A stretch of DNA of 64,000 nt from the human T2T-CHM13v2.0 reference genome, Homo sapiens: assembly GCF_009914755.1 (NCBI RefSeq), contig NC_060930.1; one strand, written 5' to 3'. Of the stretch, positions 1 to 13,772 are shown in pieces. The notes below the pieces were generated by a model. The model was given only the letters and a program-made list of their open reading frames with translations. It did no database searches and was not told where the DNA came from. The position numbers and the translations under genes were made by a program. The first letter of the stretch is position 1. Each line of letters opens with the position of its first letter.

Positions 1-629
1 TTATATTTCCTTGCTTCATGGATGTCAGATTTGACCATAGGCATTGATTTGGCTAATAAAATGAACACAGTGACTTGTGTCACTTTCAGAGGAAAGCATT
101 TAGAGCCAGTGTGTCCTTAGCAATGATCTCTTTTCATTCCTGATAAATGCTGCTCTGCTGGTCGGGGACTTAAAGTGCAGACTTGGAGTGGAGTTTCCAA
201 CTTGCAATACACACATAGTGGGAGGGAGAAATGAATCTTTAAAGTCTTAAGCCATTGAGACTGGTCATTTGTTACCTCAACATAATGTAGCCTATTGCCA
301 ACTAACAAATGTGATAAGGAGCCATGCCCCAGAATGAAGGGAGACTCTTTTACCTAGAAGGTAGGAAGGAAGAAAACATAAAGCAGGATTAGTATTCAGA
401 TTAGAGAAAGATAGCATATGTAAAACTGCCTAGTGCATATTTAATGATATGTAAAATTATTAAAGGATTAAGGAGGACTCATTTTGGGATGATTTTTATG
501 TGTTGGGGGTGATACAGGTAAAATAATTAATCTGTTCATACCAATAGTACAAGGGTGCTTACATTTTATCCTCAAAAATCATTGTAACCCTTAGTTGACA
601 GTATGATTGGTGGCAGGGATCATGAAATT

Positions 630-800
630 TTGGCAGGAATCAGAAAGATAAGGAGTTCAAGTCCTATCTCTTCCTCTTTTTAAATGTTCAACTTTGAATA
701 ATTTAATTTAAGCCGCAATTTCCTCATCTGTAAAAGTATAATGTGGAGGCTACCTCATAGCATTATTATGAAGATAACATATAATGCATGTTACGGGTTT
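630..800 (+). mobile_element. MIR SINE fragment
   Basis: MIR core motif 'aatttcctcatctgtaaaa...tacctcatag...attatgaagataa'; boundaries approximate. Confidence 0.7.
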
Positions 801-3015
801 AATATGGTATATGATGTGGCATACAATGTGTATTCAACCAGTACAAATCTCATTATGCACATTTAGTTTATACTTTCCCACTCAGTAAATGGAAAAATAA
901 AGTATACAGAGTTATCCAGGGTATAAAGCTATAGAGTATTGGTTTCAGGTTTTGGATCTTAATTTGAGACAGGGTGTTTCGAAGATTCTCAAAAGGCAAA
1001 CACAGTTTTACCTTTAGGGCCAAAGAGGCCTGGGAGGCTGTTTTAAAGGAACACTGAGTCAGAGGGTGAGTAGCTGTGCTGTTTCCTTCTGTTAACAAAG
1101 ACATTTTGAGAAGACCCCTGCAGGGTCTTCTTCCCCCTGCTGGGGGACACTGGCTTCTTCCTGTCCTTTCTTAGATTCTGAGAGTATAAGATTCAAGAGG
1201 AGGAAGGTGAAGATAAATACAACCTAACAGAAAAACTGCTATGTATTGCTATAGTTATTTTTGCACATATAATGTAACTACATAAAAATGCTTACCCACT
1301 GTGGTTCCCTTTTAGACAACAGGGCTGCCAGGTGCCATTGGCACCCAATTTAGTGACTGGATAAGAAAAATCAGAAAGCTTCTAAATTCTAGATAATGTG
1401 AGAGAATTAAAACTGTGTTCCCTTTAATATCTTTTCCAAAAACTGTCATCTCTAACTTGGCCTTAGAGGGACAAGTAGTTTCTTACGTGAGCAGGTTTCT
1501 AGTTTCAGCTCATCACTTTTCTTCATCATTTACACATGGCTTTTGACTTTCAAACATGGTACCATAGAACAAAATCCTTGGACCTAAAACATTTTGATGC
1601 AACATTAGCTTGATGACTCTGACTCTCAGTTTTAAAAAATGAATGACCTTCTCCCCGAATTATTTAATCATTATATAGGGTGGGATGTATTCTCTGTTTT
1701 CTTGCAGATCAGTGTCCATCAACATAAATTCCCTTGTGCATATGAAGTGTCACTTGTCAGTTATTGACTTGTTTTTATGTTCTTTGCCTCTTCAAGCCAA
1801 AGCCTATTTCAATTTATAAGACAACTGGTCTAGATGCACAAAGTCTATCGGTACCATCACTGTATAGTGGTGTTCTGAAAGCAGACATTCAACCAACATA
1901 TTCAGGTGCATTCAGATGGACCAGGGATGGGCTCCACAGGTCTGAACTATCACTTATACATCTGTAGAATCACTGCTCTTAAGGTTTCTAGTGATTCCAA
2001 TTGCGGATAACGTGTCTCACTCCACTTAAGGGATATTACAGCCTAAGACAACTTTAGTCCTGTGACTGGTTAATAAAGTACTGTCAAACTAGGAAATGAT
2101 TATACTTGCAGGAAATGTCTACAGTTAGTTCCAGGCCAATAATCAGGAGAAAGAAACATTTAAACAAAGATTCTAAAAAATCCTTAGGATTGGCTTGGTG
2201 TAGAAAGTGAACATTGACTGCATCAGTTGAATCTCCCAGTTTCTGAATGAATGAATTGCTAGGTTTAGCATGAGCAGAGGATTTGTTTATCATCTTCAGT
2301 AAGAAATTTGGCTTGAGGCTGAGACCCAAACCTCATCAACTTGGTCTTAAGACCAAGACTCCATCAACTTGTTGGGGTTAGTTACTCAGTCACAATTGAT
2401 GAAGGGTTAAAATAATAACCTATTTAGACCACAAAAGAGGTCTAGGCTTTATGGAAAAGGCTGTTCCAGTTTAAAATATGGAAAAAGGTATTCTAGCCCA
2501 ATATTGATCAAAATTAGATAACTTTCAAAAACATGTTAGGACAGAACATGATGAAAGTGTTATTTCTTTGTTAAGGTGGGTTGGATTTGGCAGATAGTAT
2601 TGTTAGGTGTCTGGAGAGAAAGATAGATTTGGGATATAACTGTTGAACATGTGAAACATACATAGAGATGAAGAGAGGTGTCTCAAGGAGTTTTCTTGCA
2701 TCCTAATATTCAAATTACTTGTATATTACTTTTCCCTGCTAAACTAGTGTTTCTCCAACTCACTGTTAACGCAGGTTTTAAGATAAACACACACACAAAA
2801 ACAAAACAAAACAAAACAAAAAGGGAAAAACAAACCCACTCAGTTTTATGCAGGCATACATGATCCTGGCAAGTTTTGCTAAATTATTTTCTATTTAGAG
2901 TTACTAGATGGATCTCAAGGTTTACCCCCTCCTGGAAGCATTTTCAGACCCTTTTCCCTCACAACCTCTTTTCTGTTCCACTGCTCTTCTCCCATGCCAC
3001 CTCATATACCTATGA

Positions 3016-3135
3016 TTTCATTCAACAAGTATTTATTGAGCACTTACTCTGTGCCAGGCAATATTTTAGCATGCTTAGGCTATGTTGGTGAACAAAAATT
3101 CTTGCCTTCAGTGGAGTTTACATTCTTGTTGATGA
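3016..3135 (-). mobile_element. L2 LINE 3' end fragment
   Basis: 'ttcattcaacaagtatttattgagcacttactctgtgccaggca' is the reverse complement of the L2 3' terminus. Confidence 0.8.
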
Positions 3136-3256
3136 GAGGGGAGAAATTACAAGGAACTACCCCTTATTTAAATTGCAATGCAATAATTTACTTTCTCACC
3201 TGACTCCTTGAAGCCAGAGGACTGTGTTTTATCTCTATTAAAAAAGTAGGCCCACT

Positions 3257-3645
<389 letters not shown>

Positions 3646-3800
3646 TTATTCCTCAGTACCAATTTATGAACTAGCACAGTAATTAGAGCAGTTGCATAGT
3701 AGAGTTTCCAACTTTATAGATGTAATTTTGGAAAGTTTTCTAGTTGAAATATTGAGTTGTCAAACATACTCAATTTCAGTGATCATAATACTTCTTTTTA

Positions 3801-4071
3801 GTCAATGCCCTTGAAGTCTTTAGATTTTTTTTCAGTGAAGAATCTTCTATTCAAGCACAAAATAAAAATAAATCTCTATTCTTAATAGGATTTAAACTTC
3901 AGAATATTATGAGACTCAGTAAGGCTTTAAATTTGTCAATGCCCTTGAATCCTGTAAACTTCTTTTTCAGTGAAGAATCTTCTATTCTAAAGCACAAAAT
4001 AAAAATAAACCTCTATTCTTAATAGGATTTAAACATCAGAATATTATAAGACTCAGTAGGGCTTTAAATTT
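3801..4071 (+). repeat. Head-to-tail tandem duplication of ~135 bp unique sequence (3801-3934, 3935-4071)
   Basis: Both copies begin gtcaatgcccttgaa and end ggctttaaattt and align throughout. Confidence 0.95.
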
Positions 4072-5336
4072 AGGGTGTTAGTGAAGCTTTGTGGTTTAAT
4101 ATTCAAAATAACTCTTAAATGGTCTTAACTGAATGCCCATTTGGATACTTACATTTAGTATCCACACAACTGCTGTTTCTTGGAATTTTCTTTGAGTAAA
4201 ATCTCCTAGAATACAGATAAGCTCCTGACATTTTTTTCTTTAAATATCCTTGTTAGAATGATTAGTGTCTGCAAACAATGATGACACATTCTTTACCTTA
4301 AATACATTTATTTAGTGCCCTGTCTGGGGTTGTGAATACAGTTGGTGGTCATAATGTACTTGTAGATAGTGATAAGTATTAAACTAGTGGGTTGGCCATA
4401 TCCTTTGTGGATTCCCCATTGTTTACCTGGCTGTGGGCTTTCACTATGCATCTTCCTTGTTCTTTAGCTATGTCCACTAGAGGGTGAGTGGGAGGGAGGA
4501 AGAAAAGACAAAAGAAGAAGTTTGGCAGATCTGCTGAACAGTTTGATGATGCAAATTAGTTTGAGGATCAATTTAGGATTTCTCTATTCATATTCATCTT
4601 GCCTCTTATTGCCATGGATACATAAGTTGATTTTTATGAATATAGCATTTATAATGGCAAATTACAAGATGGCAGTATATTATACAGAGTCTATTTTTAC
4701 ACCTTGAAAAATAAATGCCAACATCCAGATAACTTAAAACAGCATTGTGAAAACACGCTATATTATCCCAACAAACATAAGGTCCAGACATGCAACATCA
4801 TTTTTTTTTTCAGACTTTTAGACTACCAGTAAATATTTTTGGAATTGAGTTCCATGAATGTGAGAAACTACATTAAGTTATAGGACTGGTTCTACTGATA
4901 ATGTCACAATAGGCTGTTTATATATCTTGAGTAATATATTTAAATAATAAAAATAGCAAATGTCATTCAAGTCAAGAATTGCTAGTTTTAGTCATCTTCA
5001 CAATCCTTAAAGTTAGCACCATCTACCTATGCATTATGGATTGATGATGTTGGAAAGGTGATATTGCTCAAGATATTGAATGTCTACGTGATGCTTGGAA
5101 TTCCATCAGTATAGGCTCACACTTAGTAAGAACTGCCAGGTGAGAGAGATAGGGCAGTGGAAATGAAATAATAGAGGTAGGAGCAGATAAGTCAAGCCTT
5201 CTTATTGTAAAAAAGAATGGATGGAAATTGCAATCAATTGTAAAATTTAGAGTTTATATAAAATCCTAAATTTGATCACATATACTTTTTATGATATTCC
5301 ATAAACTAGAGATGTGTATAGGGTTAAGTACAGAAG

Positions 5337-5418
5337 GTAAAGAAGAAGTGAAAAAAGGAAGGAAAGAAGGAAAGAAGGAAGGAAAGAAGGAAGGAAGGAA
5401 AGAAGGAAGGAAGGAAGG
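5337..5418 (+). repeat. (GGAA/GAAA)n purine microsatellite
   Basis: Direct inspection. Confidence 0.95.
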
Positions 5419-8400
5419 GTAGCGATAGTGTCTTTAATATAATCAGAAATTACTTATTTACAGGGATTAATTAATTTCTTTCCATCTGTGCCACCCAAAC
5501 ACCTCCATTCCTTCCTACCCATCACACACACAGACTCACAAACACAAAAACACTGACACACAATCCCAGAATGGGAACCAATGGCTGGCACTAGACTACT
5601 TCTCATCCTTGTACAATCTGCCTGTTTTCCTAAAAAAAGAAAAAGAAAAAGAAAAACACTTTACAGCTACTGTCTTTCTTTCTTTTTGTAAAACCATAGA
5701 CACTCCCACGTAGCACAAGCTCAATTCCAGCCAAGCTGGGTGTGCTTTTAAATAAAGAAAACAGGTCTTCTAGCTCTGTGTTAGCAAAGTCACCTCTCAC
5801 TGGCAGTGCTAACGTTAAACATGTAATAATACTTTATTGTCATGAGCAGGAATCTGCTTTGCTAATTAAATGCAGCTGTCAGTAATTACTACTTGTCAGT
5901 GTAATCTATTTTAGGGAACTCTACTTTGAATGATAAAAGATGGGCTTGATATTGAGAGGGTGGGATAGGCAAGGTGACTGCTTACTTCCCCAGATCAGAA
6001 ACTCACTCTTTCTTATGATGAATGAGTACCTTTATTGTGATGATGTCTTATCTGAATTATTCTGTATTTCTTTAGTGCATGAGTCATAAAGTTTGAAGTT
6101 AAATAGTTTTTTTTAATATCTAAAATCTAACTGTCGCCCCTCTTTGTAATGCCAAGTACTAAGACTGTCGCAGAGTTGTAAATGCGTCATGATGGTAATT
6201 TGTAATAGATGATAAATCTATAAGAAAAGCACCAATAGTGAAGTCACTATAATCTCTACCATCAAATATTTAGTTCAGTATGAATGTACCTTCTAATTGC
6301 TGGCAAATTTGATTACACATAGAGGAGCATCACTTTGAAGTGGGGAGTAGTAACCATTCCTTGTATAACCTTTTTCACTGATATTCAACCAGGTTTTCTC
6401 TGGGAAAATGTTTAGATTTCAGTTTAAGACTTTGAAATTTGCAAATCAAAAGAAATTCATGGTGTTTGCATGTAATATTAATTTATCTAACTGATTCTGG
6501 TATGAACCTAAAACTCTGTAATAGCCTACATCTGCATGACTAAAAGCAATGTCAGGACAAGCATAATGCAGTCTGCTTTGCTCCACGGGATTGGCATTGG
6601 GACTGCCACAGAGGCTGGCACTGATTTCTGGGTCCAAGGGGAATAGACCTTTGCCCTCACCTCCCCTAACTTCTCTAACTTCTCTTGACATTTAAAATGA
6701 ATGTGGTGGCAGTGGAAAGGGAAACTGGAATCTCAAGGAGTAAAGTGATGGGGTGATGGAAGGATCAACAAAAACAAAGTAAGCACAGCAGGAAGTATGA
6801 AGGAGGTTTGGCGCACAAGTAGCTTTTACCCCACTGAGGCTGAAAGACTTATCACACCCTCAGAGCATCCTGACTGCCTCATCCTTCTTCTTCCACCATC
6901 TGTTTTATATCCAACACTCCAATAGTCCTTGTGTGCTAGATAATTAATTATCTTGTTGTAGGTCTCAACAAATTTGGCAGCTACTCTTCTGAATACAGTA
7001 CATTATTTAAATAGAATTAGTAATTTGAGTTTTTTGTCCCAGGAAGAAAGAAAAAAGTTTTTCAGATGGAAATAATGACAAAAAGTAGAACTACTTAAAT
7101 GTATGTTTGAAATACAGTCGGCAAAAGACACACACTTGCATTCTTCTTCCTGCTACTCCCTCTTGGGTAAGAGATGCACAGTCCGGTGGGAGTGGTATAA
7201 ATGTCCCCATTTCCATGACATAAATTCTCACTTCCTTTGCTGAGAAAATTTATATTATTCCAGATTTTTTTTTAAATGTTTAAAATTCCAAGTGATCAGC
7301 ATCTCAAAAGAAGAAAGAACACATTAAATAGACACCTTTAAAAAGTAGGGTTTATTGAAAGAAAAACCAAGAAAATAAACATGGATAATGGTTGGAATTC
7401 TGAATTTTTTTTACTTTTATGGGTCCTACCACCTCCTCCAATGCATTCCTAAATGGCCTGTAATATGCTGAACTGTCTTTTGTATCAATGAATGAAGTTC
7501 TTAGAGTACAGTAGTTGCTCGGTAAATAGCTGCTGAATGTAGGAGCAATGATTCTGAGCTATTATCATGATATTGAGTTACTGTCATGTTTCCTGCTACC
7601 CACTCCAGCTAGATGAAGTGAGTGGGGGATGCTTCACAGCAAATGTTTAGGCAGCAGGGCCAAAGGTATGCGTCCAACCTTCTGGTTTAGTGATGGTTAC
7701 AATGGGGAGAACATGGACCCTATTTCCTCACATGAGCATCCACAGGTTCCACCCAGCTCCACGCTCACAGAGGTCCCTATTTTCCTTTTCTGCACTGTAC
7801 TCCCTTTATACATCAGTCTCCCTTTTTTCTACCTTGGAGAGCCAAGACCCCACTTGGTTCTCTTCTGAAACAATGAAGTCTTTCTCCTCAAGCCTACTGT
7901 AGGTATCTAGGGAGTCCTGGGTAAAACAAAGACTGCAACATGCGTCATTACCAGAATGTCTTCCCCAGCCTTGTGTTGGGTAAAAAAAGACAGGCTGATA
8001 GAAGGGGTCTTCCCAAACAGTAAACCACTGGCACAGGAAGGCAGCAAGCACCACATTAACCATATTTAGGACTTCATAACATTTTTCTCAGCATCATTAT
8101 TAATATATCCCCTTTCAATTTCAAAAGTCTCTCAGTATGGATTGTAAGTCCTACTTTCAGCTACTTATAACACGTGTAAGACTTGTTCAGCTTTCCAACA
8201 TTTCAATATTTTGGAATATTAAAAGTATGTAGGGAACTACCTGTAGACCAAGAATGGCTGATTGTTATTGTGATAGAATTAAGTCACAGTAAACCGCATG
8301 GTTGCAAGATAATAAAACTAGGCCCTTTCTTAGGGCAATGGAATTATTGGTAATCAGAAAGCTACTAAAGTCAGAGAAAGAAGTTAAGGTGTCTTTTAAA

Positions 8401-9689
8401 ACAGGATATAGTTACATCTTCAAAATAGTTTAAGAATTTCAAAGTAAATTTATAACTAAAAGTACAGAGAATTAATTTGGTTCTACTTTTTTATTGCTCA
8501 AGATTTTCTCTCACTTTAAGACAGGAAATGGGAATATAATATACACATAATTAGGGAATATTAATTAAAATATTTTTATGTACTTTAGAGGAAAGCAAAG
8601 AACATAATATTTAATTACTACTTTGTTTTTAACTTCAGGAATCATATACAAGAAGTCACCTAAAATGGTCTAGTTTATTCAGTAAATTAAATATGTCAAT
8701 GTCTTTAGAGAATAGTGTATTATATTTTATATATTTTGAAGGTAATATTACATTTTACATGTTATATTTTTGAAACTAATTTCTTATTTTACTTGCATAT
8801 ATAATTACTTACCAGGGGATGACCATGCACATCTAAAAAAAGAGTTGCTTCCAAATGTTTGCCATTAAATGTATTAATCTACAGGTCATTTCTATTTATT
8901 TAGTACTAGAGACACATCTGTAGTGTGATTACCATACGTTGTTCGCTAATCTTCTGATCTTATTAAGTTTTCCATTTTGGTCATGGTAAAAGAATTTAAT
9001 TTCATACTTATTTCCATTCTTAAAAGAGAACTCAGACTTTTAAATCTCATTAAGTGGCTACTAATAATTGGTTAAATATAAGTCCTCTGCTTTGTAGAGA
9101 AAAATGAACTTAAATAATATGATTATTAGATATAATTTAAAAAATTTAAATAAAAGAAAACCTCAGAAATGAGCTCATGGACTATTACAGAACTTTTTGA
9201 AGGTTTCTTGGTCTGCAAGTAGAAAATGAAAATAAAAATGGCCTAATTCTCTATAGACTATTATTACAGAAATGGAGACCTAAATCATCTCTTAAAAATT
9301 ATTATAATCATATTGACAGATGGATGCTTACTTCTAGGCAGTTAGAATACTAGAGAAAAATAGGTAGTAGGGGGTTAGGGCAGGACAAAGGGGTGGAGTT
9401 TTCCCTGCTCCACCAGGCACATTGTCCCCATTTTCTTATATCGTGCCCTCACTATGCGTTTTCTCCATCATCTAGCACACTCGATACTGTTTGTTTCGTT
9501 GAAAGTTGGGTTGCCCTTGGGCTTACAAGTTCTTTGATAACTTGTAATATAAAGACTAATAAAGTAATCATATTCTCAGATCCAGCACACTGCCTGACAC
9601 ACAGTACCTGTTCAATGTATACTGAAATAAGTTCAGCGAGTAAGAAAGGCATAAAAAAGTCAGACACAGGGAGAGTTAAGATGATTATT

Positions 9690-10400
9690 TCTCCTATCAA
9701 AATGTATTTAGTGCTTCCTATATAATCCAGACACTATGCTAGGCACTGGAGATATAGGTACTGTTGGGGGTGGCGAGAGAGTGTGTGTCTATGTGTGTGC
9801 GTGACAGGGGAATAACATTAACTCAATAGAGTATGATCTGTACTACCAAACAGAGAAGCAGAAAGATAGCCCATCCTGGCTTGGGTGGAGGTGGGTGAGC
9901 TACATAGAAAAGGGGCAAGAAAACAAAGAGAGGTAGTGTGGAAGATAAGAGGTTAGACAAGCAGAGAACCCTTAGGGAGAGGGATCAGCATATAGAAAGG
10001 AATGAAGTATGAGGGAGCATGGTCCATTCCTTCCCTGGAGTCACCCAATTGTAAGGACCTTGCAGAGGAGTGACAGAAGTTGAGTCCCAGGCTGGTCCAC
10101 TGGAATAGTAAGGGCTTTGTAGGTTGAGCTAGTTTGAACTCTACCCTGAAGGTAAGGGATGCTGCAGGTTAGTAAGCAAGTGAACTGCATGATCAGATTT
10201 GTAGTCAGAAAAAAAATCAAGCATTGAAGAGGATGGAGATCCAAGGCTTATTAGGAGGCTACTATGATTCAGGTGAGAAGTTCCAATGGCCTGAACTTAA
10301 GGAATAGCACTGGGGCTGGTGAGATAGGTAGTGTTCAGGAAGCAGGATTGTCACATCTTGGTGACAGACTACAAGTGGGAGGAGATGATCTTGAGGTACC
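9690..10400 (-). mobile_element. Degenerate L2 fragment
   Basis: 'atgtatttagtgcttcct...gacactatgctaggcactggagata' and downstream 'aggaggctactatgattcaggtgagaa' L2-like motifs; boundaries approximate. Confidence 0.65.
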
Positions 10401-10778
10401 TATGTTCCTGCTATGATCTTTATGACAAACTATTCTTAGTTTCTCACTTTTCTTGGATGTCTGCGCAGATGATACTGCCAATACAGAAGAGCAAAATAAC
10501 ATAAAGTATTTGAGAAGAGGTAACCTTAAAAAAGTAATGGTGTATAAAAATTTTCAAGCACTTGATCTTTTTGTTGGTAGTATACAGTTGGAAGCCCTTA
10601 TTTAAAGAATGCTAATATTTGTGGAATTCAGAAACTCCCAAAGTAAATGCTGCTATAAATAACCCTTAACTCACTGGCAATCCATTTCAGAATGGACAGG
10701 GTATGAAGATAAGATAAACAACCGATTAAGAAAAAATAATTATATTCAGAGAAAATCTGAAAATATTATGGCTAATAT

Positions 10779-10887
10779 ATATATTTTTTTAAAATTTTTT
10801 TTTGATACAGAGTCTTGCTCTGTCTCCCAGGCTGGAGTGCAGTGACACGATCTCGGATCACTGCAAGCTCCGTCTCCCGGGTTTACG
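10779..10887 (-). mobile_element. Severely 5'-truncated AluY-like insertion with TSD
   Basis: Only ~85 nt of right-arm 3' end ('ctgcaagctccg' AluY-type) plus T/TA tail; TSD tatta(t/c)ggctaatat at 10764-10778 and 10888-10902. Confidence 0.9.
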
Positions 10888-11613
10888 TATTACGGCTAAT
10901 ATTTTTAAAGATTTTATGATGTGCCAGGCACATCTATCAAGACAATGGGAATAATGTTCTTCACTTTAAAGAGTCAGATATCAGAGCTAAGTTGGTATCA
11001 CACATCTAGTCTAGATTTGGAAACAGAGGAATTGAACCATAGTTAAGTAAAAATAAAATGGAAAGAAGTATCTCCCAGCTACCCAAGCATCTGCAAGCCC
11101 ATCAGTCCCACATACAACCTTGTACCCGTCTTGTGCTCTGCCTCTGCCCAGTTTCCCCAGGTCCTCCTGTCTGGGTGCCTCAGCTCTCTGCTTCTGAAGT
11201 TCTGAGTGCCCACACTAAGGAGCTCTGTGTCTGCACCATTAAACCATGTGCCAAGTACCACGGAAATAGGGATGAAAAGAATACAATCCCTGTCCCTGAG
11301 AAGCACTCAAGTCAGGTGAGCAAGACAACAGTCCTTGAGCCTTTTCTGGATGTTTTCAAGGGTGCGAGGGGACCTTTCAGATCTGCAGGAACCCTAGAGT
11401 TCCCCGTGGCAAGCTTTTCCAATTCTCCATGCTGCATCCCTGGGAAAAAGGCTCTTTTCCAGTGCCCTCTCATCCTATATTGTTGCATTCAGCTCAGAAA
11501 AAGTGAGCCAAATAGAAACTTTAGGTCACAGACAGCTAGCTCACCAGATGAGGACATTCCATTTGCATAAAATGTCAGTTCCCACTACTGCCTACAGAGT
11601 GTGAGTGCAACTG

Positions 11614-11951
11614 CAGTCATGTACTGCATAACATCGTTTCGGCCAATGACACACCACATAAACAACAGTGGTCTCGTTAGATTACACTATTATGTCTTTA
11701 CTGTACCTTTTCTATGTTTAGATACACAAATCCTTAACATTGTATTACGACTGCTTACAGTATTCAGTATAGTCACATGCTATACAGGTTTGAAGCCTAG
11801 AGATGATAGGCTATATCATATATCCTAAGTGTGTACCAGGCTATACCATCCAGGTTTGTATAAGTACACTTTATGATGTTCACACAATGACAAAATCAGC
11901 TAACAATGCATATCCCAGAATGTATCTCCATTGTCAAGTGACAAATTACTG
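11614..11951 (+). mobile_element. Tigger3a (MER7A)-like non-autonomous TcMar-Tigger DNA transposon, full length
   Basis: Starts cagtcatg, ends actg+ta; internal 'tttactgtaccttttctatgtttagatacacaaat' as recalled for Tigger3a. Confidence 0.85.
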
Positions 11952-12224
11952 TATTTAGAAGGATTTTGGCAGACTTATTTAAGTCTATTTTAAAATCGAT
12001 TCAATTGTTTGCTAAAAATTAATGTTATCTAATTCTTTGTTCTAGTGGCCATTGCATATACATATGAAAAGTATGTACACAAAGTCAAGAAATTGAGCCT
12101 TATTGAAATTAAATTACTCTTTTGTTCATTGCAAGGAAGATACAGGAAAGTAGGGAGGCATGGGTTTTAAGGCCCAGAAATCCACAGAAAATACTTGGGG
12201 GCTAACTGTAACTAAGAAGCCCAT

Positions 12225-12425
12225 TAGTGTGAGGGTTAAATATGGGCTTCAGAGACAGATGGTGTGGGTGAGGATCATGGCTCCACCCCTTTAGCTCTGG
12301 GTCCTTCCTGGGCCTCAATTACCTCATCTGTGAAATGGAAATACTAACGGCATATGTCCCAATGAATGCTTTGTAAGGGCAAAATGTATAAAGACCTATA
12401 CTGCTTGATACATAGTAAATATCAA
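12225..12425 (+). mobile_element. MIR SINE
   Basis: 'ctgggcctcaattacctcatctgtgaaatggaaatactaa' core. Confidence 0.7.
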
Positions 12426-12788
12426 CTACCAGAATTAAATGAGTGGCAAAAAAAAAAAAAAAATCTAAGAATAAAATTAAACTTGATCTTTTAAGTCAAG
12501 TTATTCACATTTAGTGACCAGAGTTAGGAAATAGCTTTTCCCTTTATACACTGAGTTCTATAAGGTATGAAATATAAAGATGTCAGAAGAAATTTGTGTA
12601 ACCTAAAGTTTTCAACTCATATCAGATATAAAGACAAATATAAATATTTCAATTCCATAGCAAAAACTTTCATTCTTTTCCATTTACTACATCTGGATAA
12701 GAGGATACACATTCCAAAGAATCAAGTGAACTTATAAAGCGAGGCCTTGCAAATAAGAACAATGAATTAGCTGTCCCAAAAGCCTCCT

Positions 12789-13091
<303 letters not shown>

Positions 13092-13466
13092 CCAAAAGCC
13101 TCCTTTTAATTTCTGTGTTCAGCATAGGCCTTTAAATCTGGTATTACTTTAATCAAGCTTAAGTCTTAAAACACATAATTCTTTCTTCATACACTTCCAT
13201 CAAGAGTAAGAGAACCCATGTTTTAAAATGGAGAACCATGTATTCAAATACACATAATGAGCATGTTGTGCCCATTATGTTTAATCATCTATGATGATGG
13301 TATGTTGATGTTAAAGATGGTGGTGATGACAGCAGTATCAATTACTACTTTCTGAATTTTTACTATGTATGACACTCAATGCTAAGTATTTTACATAGAT
13401 TATCATATGGATATCAATGAAGTGGTATTTCCATTACCATATAATAGATAAAATTACTAAGAATTT

Positions 13467-13772
13467 GGCCTGGTGCAGTGGCTCACGCCGGTAATCCCAC
13501 CACTTTGGGAGGCCGAGGTGAGCAGATCACTTGAGGCCAGGAGTTCAGACCAGTCTGGCCAACATGGCAAAACCCTGTCTCTACTAAAAATACAAAAATC
13601 AGGTGGGCATGGTGGCACATGCCTGTAGTCCCAGCTGCTCAGGAGGCTGAGGCACGAAATCACTTGAACCCAAGAGGAGGAGGCTGCAGTGAGCCAAGAT
13701 TGTGCCGCTGCACTGCAGCCTGGGTGACAGAGCGTGAGTCCAACTCAAATAATAATAATAATAATAATTAAT
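13467..13772 (+). mobile_element. AluS-type SINE with (AAT)n tail, inserted in a minus-strand MIR
   Basis: Full Alu; TSD aaattactaagaa at ~13451 and ~13778; MIR motif 'gaagtaacttgcccaag' resumes after it. Confidence 0.95.

Noticed and set aside
11058-11570. 170-aa ATG-initiated ORF
   Set aside because: No recognisable homology, overlaps L2-like remnants, no supporting promoter or splice structure; plausible by chance.
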